Shown: positions 1 to 8,742, counted from the first letter of the stretch. The stretch: 64,000 nucleotides of DNA from Candidatus Kerfeldbacteria bacterium (GCA_047946875.1 CP181398.1:905041-969040), one strand, 5' to 3'. The notes: generated from the sequence alone by a model not told the origin. Numbers and translations: made by a program.

Positions 1-1070
1 CAGAATACAATACCAAGCCTATTGGGTCTGGACCATTAAAATTTAAAGAATTAACCAAAGATCGTTCAGGTACTATTAAATCATATTCTCTTGAACAAAA
101 TAGTAATTATTATTTACCTACTTCTTATCTTGAAGAAATTTCATTCAAATTTTATCCAGATTTTGAATCTGCTGTTAATGCAATTAACAACAATAATGTA
201 GACGGAATAAGTTATATTCCAAAAAGTTTAAAAGATTCTCTAACAAATAAAAAAATATATATTCATTCCTTACAATTACCACAATATACTGCAATATTTT
301 TTAACCAGAAAAACTCATTGTTTAAAAATGAAGATATAAATAAAGCTTTATCATTAGCTACAGATAAAGAGAGAATATTAAAAGAAGCATTACAAAGTCA
401 GGGAGTAATAGTAGATGCTCCAATTTTAGAAGGATATCTTGGTTATCACCCTGAGATTGCAAAATTCAATTATGACCCCGTAAGAGCAGGGCAAGTATTT
501 GATGAACAGGGCTGGAAAGTACCAGAAGAAGGTGGTCTCCGTCAAAAAGATGGTAATAAATTACAGTTTTCTTTAACTACTGTTGATCAACCAGAATATT
601 TATTAACAGCTAATATTCTTATTGAAAACTGGGAAGCACTAAACGTTGGTGTAGAATTAAGAATCATGAACCCAAGTCAAGTTGATAAAGAAGTAATCAA
701 AACTAGAAATTATGAAGCCTTCTTATACGGAGAAATACTTGGCTCAGACCCAGATCCATATCCATTCTGGCACTCAAGTCAAAGTTTAAATGGTGGTCTA
801 AATCTTTCTAGTTATTATAATAAAACTGCTGATACTCTTCTAGAAGACGCTAGACAAAGTGATAATAACGATGAAAGAGCTCAAAAATATATTGAATTTC
901 AAAATATCTTAACTGAGGATATGCCTGCAATATTTCTATATAGTCCCCTTTATGATTATGGAGTAACTAAGAAAATTAAAGGAATTGATACCAAACGCAT
1001 CACTGTGCCCTCCGACCGCTTCAATGGCGTCGAGGATTGGTATTCAAAAACAAAGTTAGGTTGGGAATAA
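1..1070 (+). CDS. ABC transporter peptide-binding protein (SBP family 5, OppA/DppA-like), 5'-truncated by the window edge
   Basis: Frame is open from position 3 (EYNTKPIGSGPLKF, typical PxGxGP motif); C-terminal DPDPYPFWHSSQ...NLSSY...DMPAIFLY is typical of SBP_bac_5. Confidence 0.9.
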   Translation, partial: EYNTKPIGSGPLKFKELTKDRSGTIKSYSLEQNSNYYLPTSYLEEISFKFYPDFESAVNAINNNNVDGISYIPKSLKDSLTNKKIYIHSLQLPQYTAIFFNQKNSLFKNEDINKALSLATDKERILKEALQSQGVIVDAPILEGYLGYHPEIAKFNYDPVRAGQVFDEQGWKVPEEGGLRQKDGNKLQFSLTTVDQPEYLLTANILIENWEALNVGVELRIMNPSQVDKEVIKTRNYEAFLYGEILGSDPDPYPFWHSSQSLNGGLNLSSYYNKTADTLLEDARQSDNNDERAQKYIEFQNILTEDMPAIFLYSPLYDYGVTKKIKGIDTKRITVPSDRFNGVEDWYSKTKLGWE

Positions 1071-1145
1071 ATCAATTAATAAATTAAAACTTAAGAAATT
1101 TTCCCGTTAATAACGGGGTAGATTGAATTACAAATTAAATAATTT

Positions 1146-1361
1146 ATGTCGCGGTGGTGGAATTGGCCCGCCTCGCGTCGATGAGCGAACGCGAGTCGAG
1201 GCGAGTAGACGCATGATCAATAAGCCTAGGTGGTGGAATTGGTAGACACGCTAGCTTCAGGAGCTAGTGGGGGCAACCCCATGGAGGTTCGAGTCCTCTC
1301 CTAGGCATAGGTATTGGCAGAAGGGCATGCTACTAATAAAATAACGGAGTTTCCGCGACAT
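1146..1361 (+). other. Degenerate tRNA-Leu-like outer shell enclosing the tRNA, with a 39-nt hairpin insertion
   Basis: GTCGCGGTGGTGGAATTGG[1167-1205]TAGACGC copies the tRNA-Leu 5' half; ATGTCGCGG (1146-1154) is complementary to CCGCGACAT (1353-1361). Confidence 0.6.
1224..1307 (+). tRNA. tRNA-Leu(CAG)
   Basis: Acceptor stem GCCTAGG/CCTAGGC, D-loop GGAATTGGTAGAC, anticodon arm CTAGC-TT-CAG-GA-GCTAG, long variable arm GGGG-CAA-CCCC, T-loop GGTTCGAGTCC; CCA not encoded. Confidence 0.97.
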
Positions 1362-1378
1362 TAACAATAAATAAATTT

Positions 1379-3100
1379 ATGGAAAAAAGAAATAAAAGAA
1401 AAAATCACTCAAAAAATAAACAGCACAATTCTGCTGGTAATAAATTACGGATTATACCGATCGGCGGCCAAGAAGAAGTTGGACGTAACATGACGATATA
1501 TGAATATGGTAATGATATTGTAATCCTTGATATGGGAATTCAATTTCCAGAAGAAGATATGCCTGGTATTGATTATATAATACCAAATGCTTCCTATCTA
1601 AAAGGTAAAGAAAAAAATATCAAAGCAGTAATTTTTTCACACGGTCATCTAGATCATATTGGCGCTGCTCCAATGTTATTAGAAAAACTTAATAATCCAA
1701 CTATTATTGGGCGTCCTCTTACTTTAGCTTTAATTAAAAAAAGAGTAGATGATTACAAAAAAGGATCATCTAGTAAATTGAAAACAATTACAATCAAATC
1801 TATAAATGACAAATTTAAACTTGGAAAATTCATAGCAACATTTTTTGCAGTTGATCACTCTATCATGGACGCAGTTGGAGTTGTATTTGAAACTGATCAA
1901 GGTTCGATCATTCATCCTGGAGATTGGACTTATGAAAAAGATCCTCTAGGAAGACCGATAACAAATTATCACAAATTATCAAAACTAAGGAAGCCTACAG
2001 TATTAATGCTAGAAAGTCTTGGCTCAACCAAAAGACAAGAACGTGTGCCAGAGAAAGTAATGTACGACAATTTACAAAAACTTATAAGACAATCACCAGG
2101 CAGAATAATAATAGGTACTTTTTCTTCACAGATAGAAAGAATCAAACAACTATTAGAATATAGCAACAGAATTGGAAAAAAAGTTGCTCTCGATGGCTAT
2201 AGCATGAAGACTAATATCGAGGTAGCAAAAGAACTTGGTTATATTAAAGTAAAAAAAGATACTTTAATTACGATAGATCAAATTCATAAATATCCCGATA
2301 AACAAGTGGTAGTTATCTGTACAGGCGCTCAAGGCGAGCCAAATGCAGTTTTGTCGAGAATTATTAGTGGTAACCATCGTTTTGTAAAAATTAAGAAACA
2401 AGATACGATTGTGTTCTCTTCATCAGTAATTCCTGGAAATGAAAGAACTATTCAAAGACTAAAAGACAACCTATATCGACTTTGTGATCATGTTGTTCAT
2501 AGTGACATTATGGACGTTCACTCTGGTGGACATAGCACCTCTGATGATATCTTAGAAATGATAAAACAAATCAGGCCTACATACTTTTTACCTGTCTATG
2601 CTAATCATTATTTCCTCAAAGAAGCAGAAATACTAGCCATCAAAAAAGGTTTTCCAAAAAAGAATATTTTTGTCTTAGATAATGGATCAATATTAGAATT
2701 TACCAGAAGAATTCCTAGATTACTACCTAAAAAAGTTAATACTGACTATGTCTTTGTAGATGGATTAGGGGTTGGTGATGTCTCACACGTCGTTTTACGT
2801 GACCGGCAAATGCTTGCTTCTGACGGTATGGCAGTAATTATTGTCACTATAGATTCTAAGACTGGTAAGCTAATTGGTAAGCCAGACATTATCTCTCGCG
2901 GGTTTATTTATATGAAACATAACAAAAAACTAATAGACCAAATAAGAGAAAAAGTAATTAAAGTATTAAAAGATAAAGAGCCTCGCGCCAAAGCTGATGA
3001 AGCATATATTAAAGCTAAAATTAGAGATAAAATTGGCCAATTTCTATATTCAAAAACTGAGAGAAGGCCAATGGTTTTACCCGTGGTCATCGAGGTTTAG
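1379..3100 (+). CDS. rnj: Ribonuclease J
   Basis: GGQEEVGRNM, SHGHLDHIGA metallo-beta-lactamase motif, beta-CASP region, HSGGH, C-terminal RRPMVLPVVIEV. Confidence 0.97.
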   Translation: MEKRNKRKNHSKNKQHNSAGNKLRIIPIGGQEEVGRNMTIYEYGNDIVILDMGIQFPEEDMPGIDYIIPNASYLKGKEKNIKAVIFSHGHLDHIGAAPMLLEKLNNPTIIGRPLTLALIKKRVDDYKKGSSSKLKTITIKSINDKFKLGKFIATFFAVDHSIMDAVGVVFETDQGSIIHPGDWTYEKDPLGRPITNYHKLSKLRKPTVLMLESLGSTKRQERVPEKVMYDNLQKLIRQSPGRIIIGTFSSQIERIKQLLEYSNRIGKKVALDGYSMKTNIEVAKELGYIKVKKDTLITIDQIHKYPDKQVVVICTGAQGEPNAVLSRIISGNHRFVKIKKQDTIVFSSSVIPGNERTIQRLKDNLYRLCDHVVHSDIMDVHSGGHSTSDDILEMIKQIRPTYFLPVYANHYFLKEAEILAIKKGFPKKNIFVLDNGSILEFTRRIPRLLPKKVNTDYVFVDGLGVGDVSHVVLRDRQMLASDGMAVIIVTIDSKTGKLIGKPDIISRGFIYMKHNKKLIDQIREKVIKVLKDKEPRAKADEAYIKAKIRDKIGQFLYSKTERRPMVLPVVIEV

Positions 3101-3125
3101 TAATATACTATCACTTATAAATATT

Positions 3126-3154
3126 AAAAGACCCTTAAATAAAGGGTCTTTTTT
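3126..3154. terminator. Bidirectional intrinsic terminator
   Basis: AAAAGACCCTT-loop-AAGGGTCTTTT between convergent genes. Confidence 0.8.
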
Positions 3155-3214
3155 GTTATATTTTAAGTATATAGATAATTTACTACTAAATTTTGATGGA
3201 TTAACTGAGTAATA

Positions 3215-4066
3215 TTATATTTCAGGATATTTGAAAAATAAAGGCATAGTAAATTTATTACATTGAGTTTCAAACTTCCCGTCTGAAGAAATAAAATCTG
3301 GCCTAACTTTATTATTATTTTTATAGTAGTCTAGTTCTTTAAAGCAACTATCTTTACTTGATATAATATCGTTTGAATTAAGTGTTCCACTAAGCATGTT
3401 ACAAACTTTCTCAAATTTTTCAATTGACATTAAATCACCTTCACATACTAATTCTCGATAGATTATTTTTTCTGAATATTCAATATATTTATTATTGATT
3501 ATTAAAGAAGTATATAATGAAACACCAATAAAGAGTATTATTATAGCTATAGATATGATGGTCAATATATTTTTTTTAAATTTTTTGTAGAATAGTTTAT
3601 GGCCAATAAATATTACACCAAAAGCAAAAATATTGTAAATGAAAAAACTTGCTAATGGGGCAAAATCGTCCCCCTCAGAATTAAATATTCCCCATATTGA
3701 AAAAATTATTGTTGTTCCAATAAAAATTAATATTCTCTTCCCTAAAGAAACATTAAATATCATCGGAATGATTAAAATTACAGCAATAAAGTACCATTCC
3801 GAAAAAGCTTCTTGAAAAAAATAAGTCCTTCCTCCACTTGAAAGACCTACAATTAGAAAAATTAATACTAATAATGATAAGATAATAGAATATAAGATAC
3901 GATAAATAATACTTAACTGTTTATTTGAACTGTTAGACTTGTTATCCAATAGTTTGTTTATATTATCTTCAGAATAACCTTGCGATTTTAGCTGTTCAAA
4001 AATTTGTTGGTTATTTAGACCGTTTTTTTTTGCTTCACCTAACCATTTTTTAAGTTCATCATTCAT
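3215..4066 (-). CDS. Hypothetical multi-pass membrane protein
   Basis: Likely start at MNDELKKWL (4066); the longer ORF-track start runs antisense through repeat R1; about five hydrophobic segments, Cys-containing C-terminal domain. Confidence 0.75.
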   Translation of the reverse strand: MNDELKKWLGEAKKNGLNNQQIFEQLKSQGYSEDNINKLLDNKSNSSNKQLSIIYRILYSIILSLLVLIFLIVGLSSGGRTYFFQEAFSEWYFIAVILIIPMIFNVSLGKRILIFIGTTIIFSIWGIFNSEGDDFAPLASFFIYNIFAFGVIFIGHKLFYKKFKKNILTIISIAIIILFIGVSLYTSLIINNKYIEYSEKIIYRELVCEGDLMSIEKFEKVCNMLSGTLNSNDIISSKDSCFKELDYYKNNNKVRPDFISSDGKFETQCNKFTMPLFFKYPEI

Positions 4067-4104
4067 ATAATTAATTTTAACATTTAATAAATTAAATATA
4101 TCAT

Positions 4105-4280
4105 AAACTACCCCAAAAATATATCTACAGGATGATTTTTTGAAAGGGTGGCTAAAGCCTGTCCCAAACTTGTTTTGGGATCTGCTTATTCGAACTAATC
4201 TCAAAATCATTGAGGTTTTATTAGATTTTTCTTATATGGTAGACTTACTACAGGAAGTTAAGTTATTAAAAATATAAACT
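4105..4280 (+). repeat. Cassette leader repeat R1
   Basis: Aligns by eye with 6331-6546, 5591-5672 and partly 7196-7249; ends immediately before the ATG at 4281. Confidence 0.9.
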
Positions 4281-4997
4281 ATGGAAAACCAACAGACAGA
4301 AGAACAAAATCAACAACCAACCCCACAGCCAAAAAAACCAAAGAAGAAGTTTTATACGAGATGGTGGTTTTGGACGACACTAATTATAATTTTAATGCTT
4401 ATTATAGGGGTAGTGTGGTTTATTGAACGTCAAGACGAAAATTCTTCAAATAATCAGGCCGATATAGCGAGCTGGAAAAGTTTTCATAATGATATATATA
4501 ATATTACGCTTAAATATCCGGATTACTTGTTTAGAGATACAAGTAAAGAATTAAGTGATGGTTATATGTTATACGCAGTGAAGCCTTGCGATACGGATTG
4601 CAACGCTGAGAATTTGGATGAACCAGTTGATGTATATCTGCGAGTAGTATTTATTCCTAATAATGAAAATCAAACACTTGATGAGTTGCTTAATCAACCT
4701 TTTTATGAAACTCAAAAATCCATAGAAGAGTTGAATATGCCCGAAAATATTTTAGATGGCCTAGGTGTTCCCACAGAACCAACATATAAAATTGATGAAT
4801 ATATAAAATTTAAAATTGATGAATATGATGCTATTAGGTCTGGGGTTCTATATTATGACGAGCCTGCAGAGGAATATAAATATGAACATGTATTTATAAC
4901 ACTAAAAAATGGGTTTATTCGCATTTCTGAACATAGTCTAAAAGAAATTAAGTTTAGCTCAGATTTTGAAAAAATAATTACATCTGTTGATTTTTAA
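4281..4997 (+). CDS. Single-pass membrane protein with variable ectodomain (PsbP-like surface domain possible)
   Basis: Q/P-rich N-terminus, KKKFYTRWWFW then TM helix, then WKSFHNDIYNITLKYP motif common in CPR surface proteins. Confidence 0.8.
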   Translation: MENQQTEEQNQQPTPQPKKPKKKFYTRWWFWTTLIIILMLIIGVVWFIERQDENSSNNQADIASWKSFHNDIYNITLKYPDYLFRDTSKELSDGYMLYAVKPCDTDCNAENLDEPVDVYLRVVFIPNNENQTLDELLNQPFYETQKSIEELNMPENILDGLGVPTEPTYKIDEYIKFKIDEYDAIRSGVLYYDEPAEEYKYEHVFITLKNGFIRISEHSLKEIKFSSDFEKIITSVDF

Positions 4998-5014
4998 GTA
5001 TTAAATATATAAGT

Positions 5015-5584
5015 ATGGAAGAACAAAATCAGCAACCAACACCACAACCAGAAGAACCAAAAAAGAAAATTTATAAGAAATGGTGGTTGTGGGTACTTAC
5101 AATAATAATATTAGGATTTTTTGTGGGATTATTAAGTTTATATATATGGAGTGATATAGATTATCCTTGTAGTCTATGTGAAGCATATGGACAAGGTAAT
5201 ATTATAGAAAAAATAAATAAAAATATTTATGATTATAAATGTGAAAAAGCGGGAAGAATAATTAAAGAAATAGGATGGTCAGGAGCAGTTTGTTTTGAGC
5301 GCTCAGACAAGGCAAACCAGAATTGTATTCAGAATAGTGATTGTGATGGTGGGGCATGTGAGCCTTCGGCTTGGACAAATCTAATTAATATTCATTCGCA
5401 AGAAACAGAATTAAGCAATAAAGATGCCTTGCGTATCAATAATGATGGATATGTTTTAGGGACGTGTAGTGATGCAAAATATAGATTGGAGCCATATAGT
5501 GGAGACGATATGCCGTGTGGGCTTTCATTAACAATACCAACTAAAACTCCCCCAAGTTCATTAAGCACTCTTTTTTGTGATTAA
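5015..5584 (+). CDS. Single-pass membrane protein with Cys-rich ectodomain
   Basis: N-terminus paralogous to the 4281 gene (EEQNQQPTPQP..KKK.Y..WW.W), TM helix, many Cys. Confidence 0.8.
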   Translation: MEEQNQQPTPQPEEPKKKIYKKWWLWVLTIIILGFFVGLLSLYIWSDIDYPCSLCEAYGQGNIIEKINKNIYDYKCEKAGRIIKEIGWSGAVCFERSDKANQNCIQNSDCDGGACEPSAWTNLINIHSQETELSNKDALRINNDGYVLGTCSDAKYRLEPYSGDDMPCGLSLTIPTKTPPSSLSTLFCD

Positions 5585-5590
5585 TATTAT

Positions 5591-5672
5591 GAAAATATCT
5601 ACGGGATAATTTATTGGATTTTCCTTATATGGTAGACTTAGTTCAGGAAGTTAAATTATTAAAGGTATAAAT
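5591..5672 (+). repeat. Cassette leader repeat R2 (internally deleted copy)
   Basis: Keeps ATATCTAC..GAT and TTATTGGATTTT..TATATGGTAGACTTA..CAGGAAGTTAA..TTAAA..TAA and lacks the middle section. Confidence 0.85.
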
Positions 5673-5987
5673 ATGGAAGAAGAACAAGATAATAAAAGAG
5701 ATATACCTAACTGGAGATTTTATTTAACACCAGTATATATGTATATTAGTGCAATATTAGTATTCTGGTTTTTTGTTGGTAAGCAAGGAGATGGAATAAT
5801 GTCTTTATTAATCGGATTGGCCGCAGGGTTTGTATTTATAGTTTTATGGATTATACAGACATATATTTCTACAAAATCACCCTCTTCAAAATATAAAGTA
5901 TCAGTAAAGAAATTAGTTTTAATGGGGGTGTATTCTTTTATCTTTTTTATTGCTTGTTTAATTATTATTATATTAATTTTTAATTAG
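5673..5987 (+). CDS. Small 3-TM hypothetical membrane protein
   Basis: ORF track; three hydrophobic segments. Confidence 0.75.
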   Translation: MEEEQDNKRDIPNWRFYLTPVYMYISAILVFWFFVGKQGDGIMSLLIGLAAGFVFIVLWIIQTYISTKSPSSKYKVSVKKLVLMGVYSFIFFIACLIIIILIFN

Positions 5988-5991
5988 AATT

Positions 5992-6261
5992 ATGGAAGAA
6001 AAAATAACAAAAAAAGAAAATATTCAAAGTTATTCTGGCTGGGCTATTGGTGGTTTTATTGTTGGATTATTTTCGATACCAATACTTTCACCTTTAGCAG
6101 TAACTGGAGCAATACCTGTTTTAGCGATAATATTAAGTGGAATGGGTCTTAGTCAAGTAAAGAAGAAAAATAAAAAAGGCAGAGGTTTGGCGATAGCTGG
6201 ATTACTTTTTGCAATTATTGGAATAATTTATACTGGCTACATTTTATTTTTTGTGGTGTAG
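5992..6261 (+). CDS. Small membrane protein, DUF4190-like
   Basis: WAIGGFIVGL...LAIILSGMGLSQVKK...KGRGLAIAGL pattern. Confidence 0.75.
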   Translation: MEEKITKKENIQSYSGWAIGGFIVGLFSIPILSPLAVTGAIPVLAIILSGMGLSQVKKKNKKGRGLAIAGLLFAIIGIIYTGYILFFVV

Positions 6262-6288
6262 TGTTGTTTATTACTTTCCCTTAATATG

Positions 6289-6323
6289 AAAAATACCTCT
6301 CAATAAATTAGGAGATATTTTTT
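6289..6323 (+). terminator. Terminator-like repeat T1 (paralog of 7126-7160)
   Basis: AAAAATACCTCTCAATAAATTAGGAGATATTTTTT vs AAAAACACCTCCCAATAGTTTGGGAGATATTTTTT. Confidence 0.7.
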
Positions 6324-6330
6324 ATTCAAA

Positions 6331-6546
6331 AAACCACCCTAAAAACATATCTACAGAGATGCCTGCCCGCCTCTGGAGGGATTTTTTAATGGGGTGGCTA
6401 AAGCCTGCACCGAACTTGTTTTGGGATCTGCTTATTCGAACCCCGCATCTTGCGGGACAAGCCAATCTCAAAATCATTGAGGTTTTGTTGGATTTTAGGT
6501 ATATGGTAGAATTAATTAAGGAGGTTAAACAATTAAGACCATAAAT
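6331..6546 (+). repeat. Cassette leader repeat R3, with two palindromic insertions; contains the 61-aa ORF 6359-6544
   Basis: Aligns to R1 with extra GCCTGCCCGCCTCTGGAGG and CCCGCATCTTGCGGGACAAGC segments. Confidence 0.9.
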
Positions 6547-7143
6547 ATGAAAAAATTTGTACTAGTTATATTTGCTTTATTGATTTTTATATTTCCATTA
6601 AACGTATATGCTATAACTATTGATAATGTTGAAACATGGTGTAGTACAGGATTTGATATTACAATAAAAGATATTAAAAACCCAAATGATTGTTTACAAA
6701 TCAGCGCTGATGATTGTGAGGGCAATGTAGTAATTATTAATAAGTGTGATAATGTTTTTTATACCTATGAAGATGGACAAATTGATTATACTTATATGAT
6801 TACTTCAAATAAGGAATTGTATGAAGAGTATAAGGCAAGTGTTAAAATTCATAATGAAAATTATCCTGAAAGTGCCGGTGAAACTCTAACCAGAGTTAGT
6901 AGCAATAAATATGTGCGTCCAACCACAGAAGATTGGAAAGTTAAAATTTATTCAGAAGAAGATGGAGTTGATACTGTTATTACTGGAACCGCTGAAATTG
7001 ATGGGTACACTGAACCATGGTGGAAAAATGATAATAGTCCTATTTTTATAATACTAATTTTAGGAGGCACAGTATTAATTATTGGAGTTGTTTTATTGTT
7101 TTATTTAATAAATAAAAAGAAAAATAAAAACACCTCCCAATAG
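6547..7143 (+). CDS. Secreted protein with C-terminal membrane anchor
   Basis: Signal peptide ending NVYA; C-terminal TM followed by KKKNK. Confidence 0.8.
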   Translation: MKKFVLVIFALLIFIFPLNVYAITIDNVETWCSTGFDITIKDIKNPNDCLQISADDCEGNVVIINKCDNVFYTYEDGQIDYTYMITSNKELYEEYKASVKIHNENYPESAGETLTRVSSNKYVRPTTEDWKVKIYSEEDGVDTVITGTAEIDGYTEPWWKNDNSPIFIILILGGTVLIIGVVLLFYLINKKKNKNTSQ

Positions 7144-7160
7144 TTTGGGAGATATTTTTT
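7126..7160 (+). terminator. Terminator-like repeat T2
   Basis: CTCCCAA-TAGT-TTGGGAG followed by a T run; similar to T1. Confidence 0.75.
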
Positions 7161-7195
7161 CCTGGAGAGACAACTATATATTAGTTATATACCCA

Positions 7196-7249
7196 GGTGG
7201 CTAGAGGAAATCGAACCCCGCATCTTGCGGGACAAGCTAATTTCAAAAT
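7196..7249 (+). repeat. Partial leader repeat R4 upstream of trpS
   Basis: GGTGGCTA...TCGAACCCCGCATCTTGCGGGACAAGCTAATTTCAAAAT nearly identical to 6436-6474. Confidence 0.85.
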
Positions 7250-7276
7250 TAAGTAAAATATGTTAAAATACAATAT

Positions 7277-8410
7277 ATGAAACATATAGTTTTTTCGGGT
7301 ATTCAGCCCTCAGGACAACTACATATAGGTAATTATTTCGGAGCAATCCGGTCATGGCTTGAGCTACAAAAAAGCAGTAACCATGATTGTACTTTTGCTA
7401 TTGTTGATTATCATGCTCTGACAGAAAGTCCTAATCCAAAAGAACTAGAACAAAGAATTTTTGATACCGCGGTTGATTTCTTATCAGCCGGTCTTGATCC
7501 TAGTAAAAGCACAATTATGCTCCAATCACTTGTTCCTGAGCATACTGACTTAGCTTGGATATTAAACTGTACGACATCACTCTCATGGTTAGAACGAGTA
7601 CCAACTTTCAAAGATAAAGCTGAGCAATATAAACATAATCTTAATGTTGGACTTCTAAACTACCCTGTACTCATGGCAGCTGATATTTTGATATACAAAG
7701 CTGATACTGTACCGGTTGGCCATGATCAACTCGCCCACCTTGAATTAACCCGAGAGATAGCTAGAAGTTTTAATTCTAAATATGGCAAAACTTTGATTGA
7801 GCCAAAAGCTAAGATAACTCCTACCCCTAAGATAATGAGTCTAAATGATCCTACTAAGAAAATGAGTAAAAGTCTAGGCCCAAAAGCATATTTAGCATTA
7901 TCAGATGGACCAAAAGTAATTGAAAAAAAGATTAAATCAATGCCAACAGCTACTGGAGATGAGAAAAAAATTATTAACGAATTCATTGGCGGTACTCTAG
8001 AAATAAACTCCAGACAAAAGTCAAACCTTGACTCCAAAACAAATAATCATGAAATTCATACAGAAGAAGATTTAACAAATATCAAAAAAAGGCTTGGCGA
8101 AAAAAATTATTCCACTTTTATGGCTCTATATAATTTTTATATGTTGCTATACATTTTTTCCAAACAGAAACAAAGAAATAATTTTGTTAAGGACTTAAAA
8201 AATAATTCAATTAAATTTTCTGATTATAAAAAAATATTGATAGATAGTATAGTTAAATTTCCAGAGCTTGTTGAATTTCGAAAAAATAGGGCCAAATTTG
8301 AGAAAAATCCCAAAATGGTAGAAAAAATCCTTAAATCTGGCAGTGCTCAAGCGAAAAGAAAGGCCCATAAAAACCTAGGAATGATAAAAAAGAAGATAGG
8401 TTTAGCATAA
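7277..8410 (+). CDS. trpS: Tryptophan--tRNA ligase
   Basis: SGIQPSGQLHIGNY (HIGH), YPVLMAADIL, VPVGHDQ, KMSKS. Confidence 0.97.
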   Translation: MKHIVFSGIQPSGQLHIGNYFGAIRSWLELQKSSNHDCTFAIVDYHALTESPNPKELEQRIFDTAVDFLSAGLDPSKSTIMLQSLVPEHTDLAWILNCTTSLSWLERVPTFKDKAEQYKHNLNVGLLNYPVLMAADILIYKADTVPVGHDQLAHLELTREIARSFNSKYGKTLIEPKAKITPTPKIMSLNDPTKKMSKSLGPKAYLALSDGPKVIEKKIKSMPTATGDEKKIINEFIGGTLEINSRQKSNLDSKTNNHEIHTEEDLTNIKKRLGEKNYSTFMALYNFYMLLYIFSKQKQRNNFVKDLKNNSIKFSDYKKILIDSIVKFPELVEFRKNRAKFEKNPKMVEKILKSGSAQAKRKAHKNLGMIKKKIGLA

Positions 8411-8586
8411 ACGTTATTTTCGACAATAAAAAAATCCGTATAAATATATTTACGGTTTTTTAGATTAGGAATAAATCCTTTAGGATTTTATATATAACAT
8501 AAAGCCTGTCTTTGGCAGGCTCAAAATGACAAGTGTGTTTTTGATATATATTAATTACTAAATAAAACTCTCGCACATCATAATAC

Positions 8587-8742
8587 AATGTTACAAAATG
8601 TGCTGTTGAGGAAAGTCCCGAAGGGTTTAGCTCAACTTAGCGAAGCGTCTTTGAGCTAAAAATGAAGAAACAAATATTTTGTTAATTTTATTATAGGTGC
8701 GAAGATTCTTTTGTTACTTTTCTTGTCTCCAAGAAAAGTAAA
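8587..8742. repeat. ~155-bp dispersed structured repeat, copy A
   Basis: Near-identical to 21625-21780; perfect stems TTTAGCTCAA/TTGAGCTAAA and TACTTTTCTTG/CAAGAAAAGTA. Confidence 0.92.

Noticed and set aside
4067-4210. N-terminal extension of ORF 3215-4210
   Set aside because: It is the antisense reading of repeat R1; MNDELKK at 4066 is the more plausible start.
4105-7250. CRISPR array or classical integron
   Set aside because: Repeats are long, unequal and separated by whole genes; no cas or intI gene and no clear attC RYYYAAC...GTTRRRY structure.
8607-8620. GAGGAAAGTCC, the RNase P RNA signature
   Set aside because: It lies within a dispersed repeat whose second copy reads GAGGAATGTCC; no P4 partner or other RNase P motifs are present.
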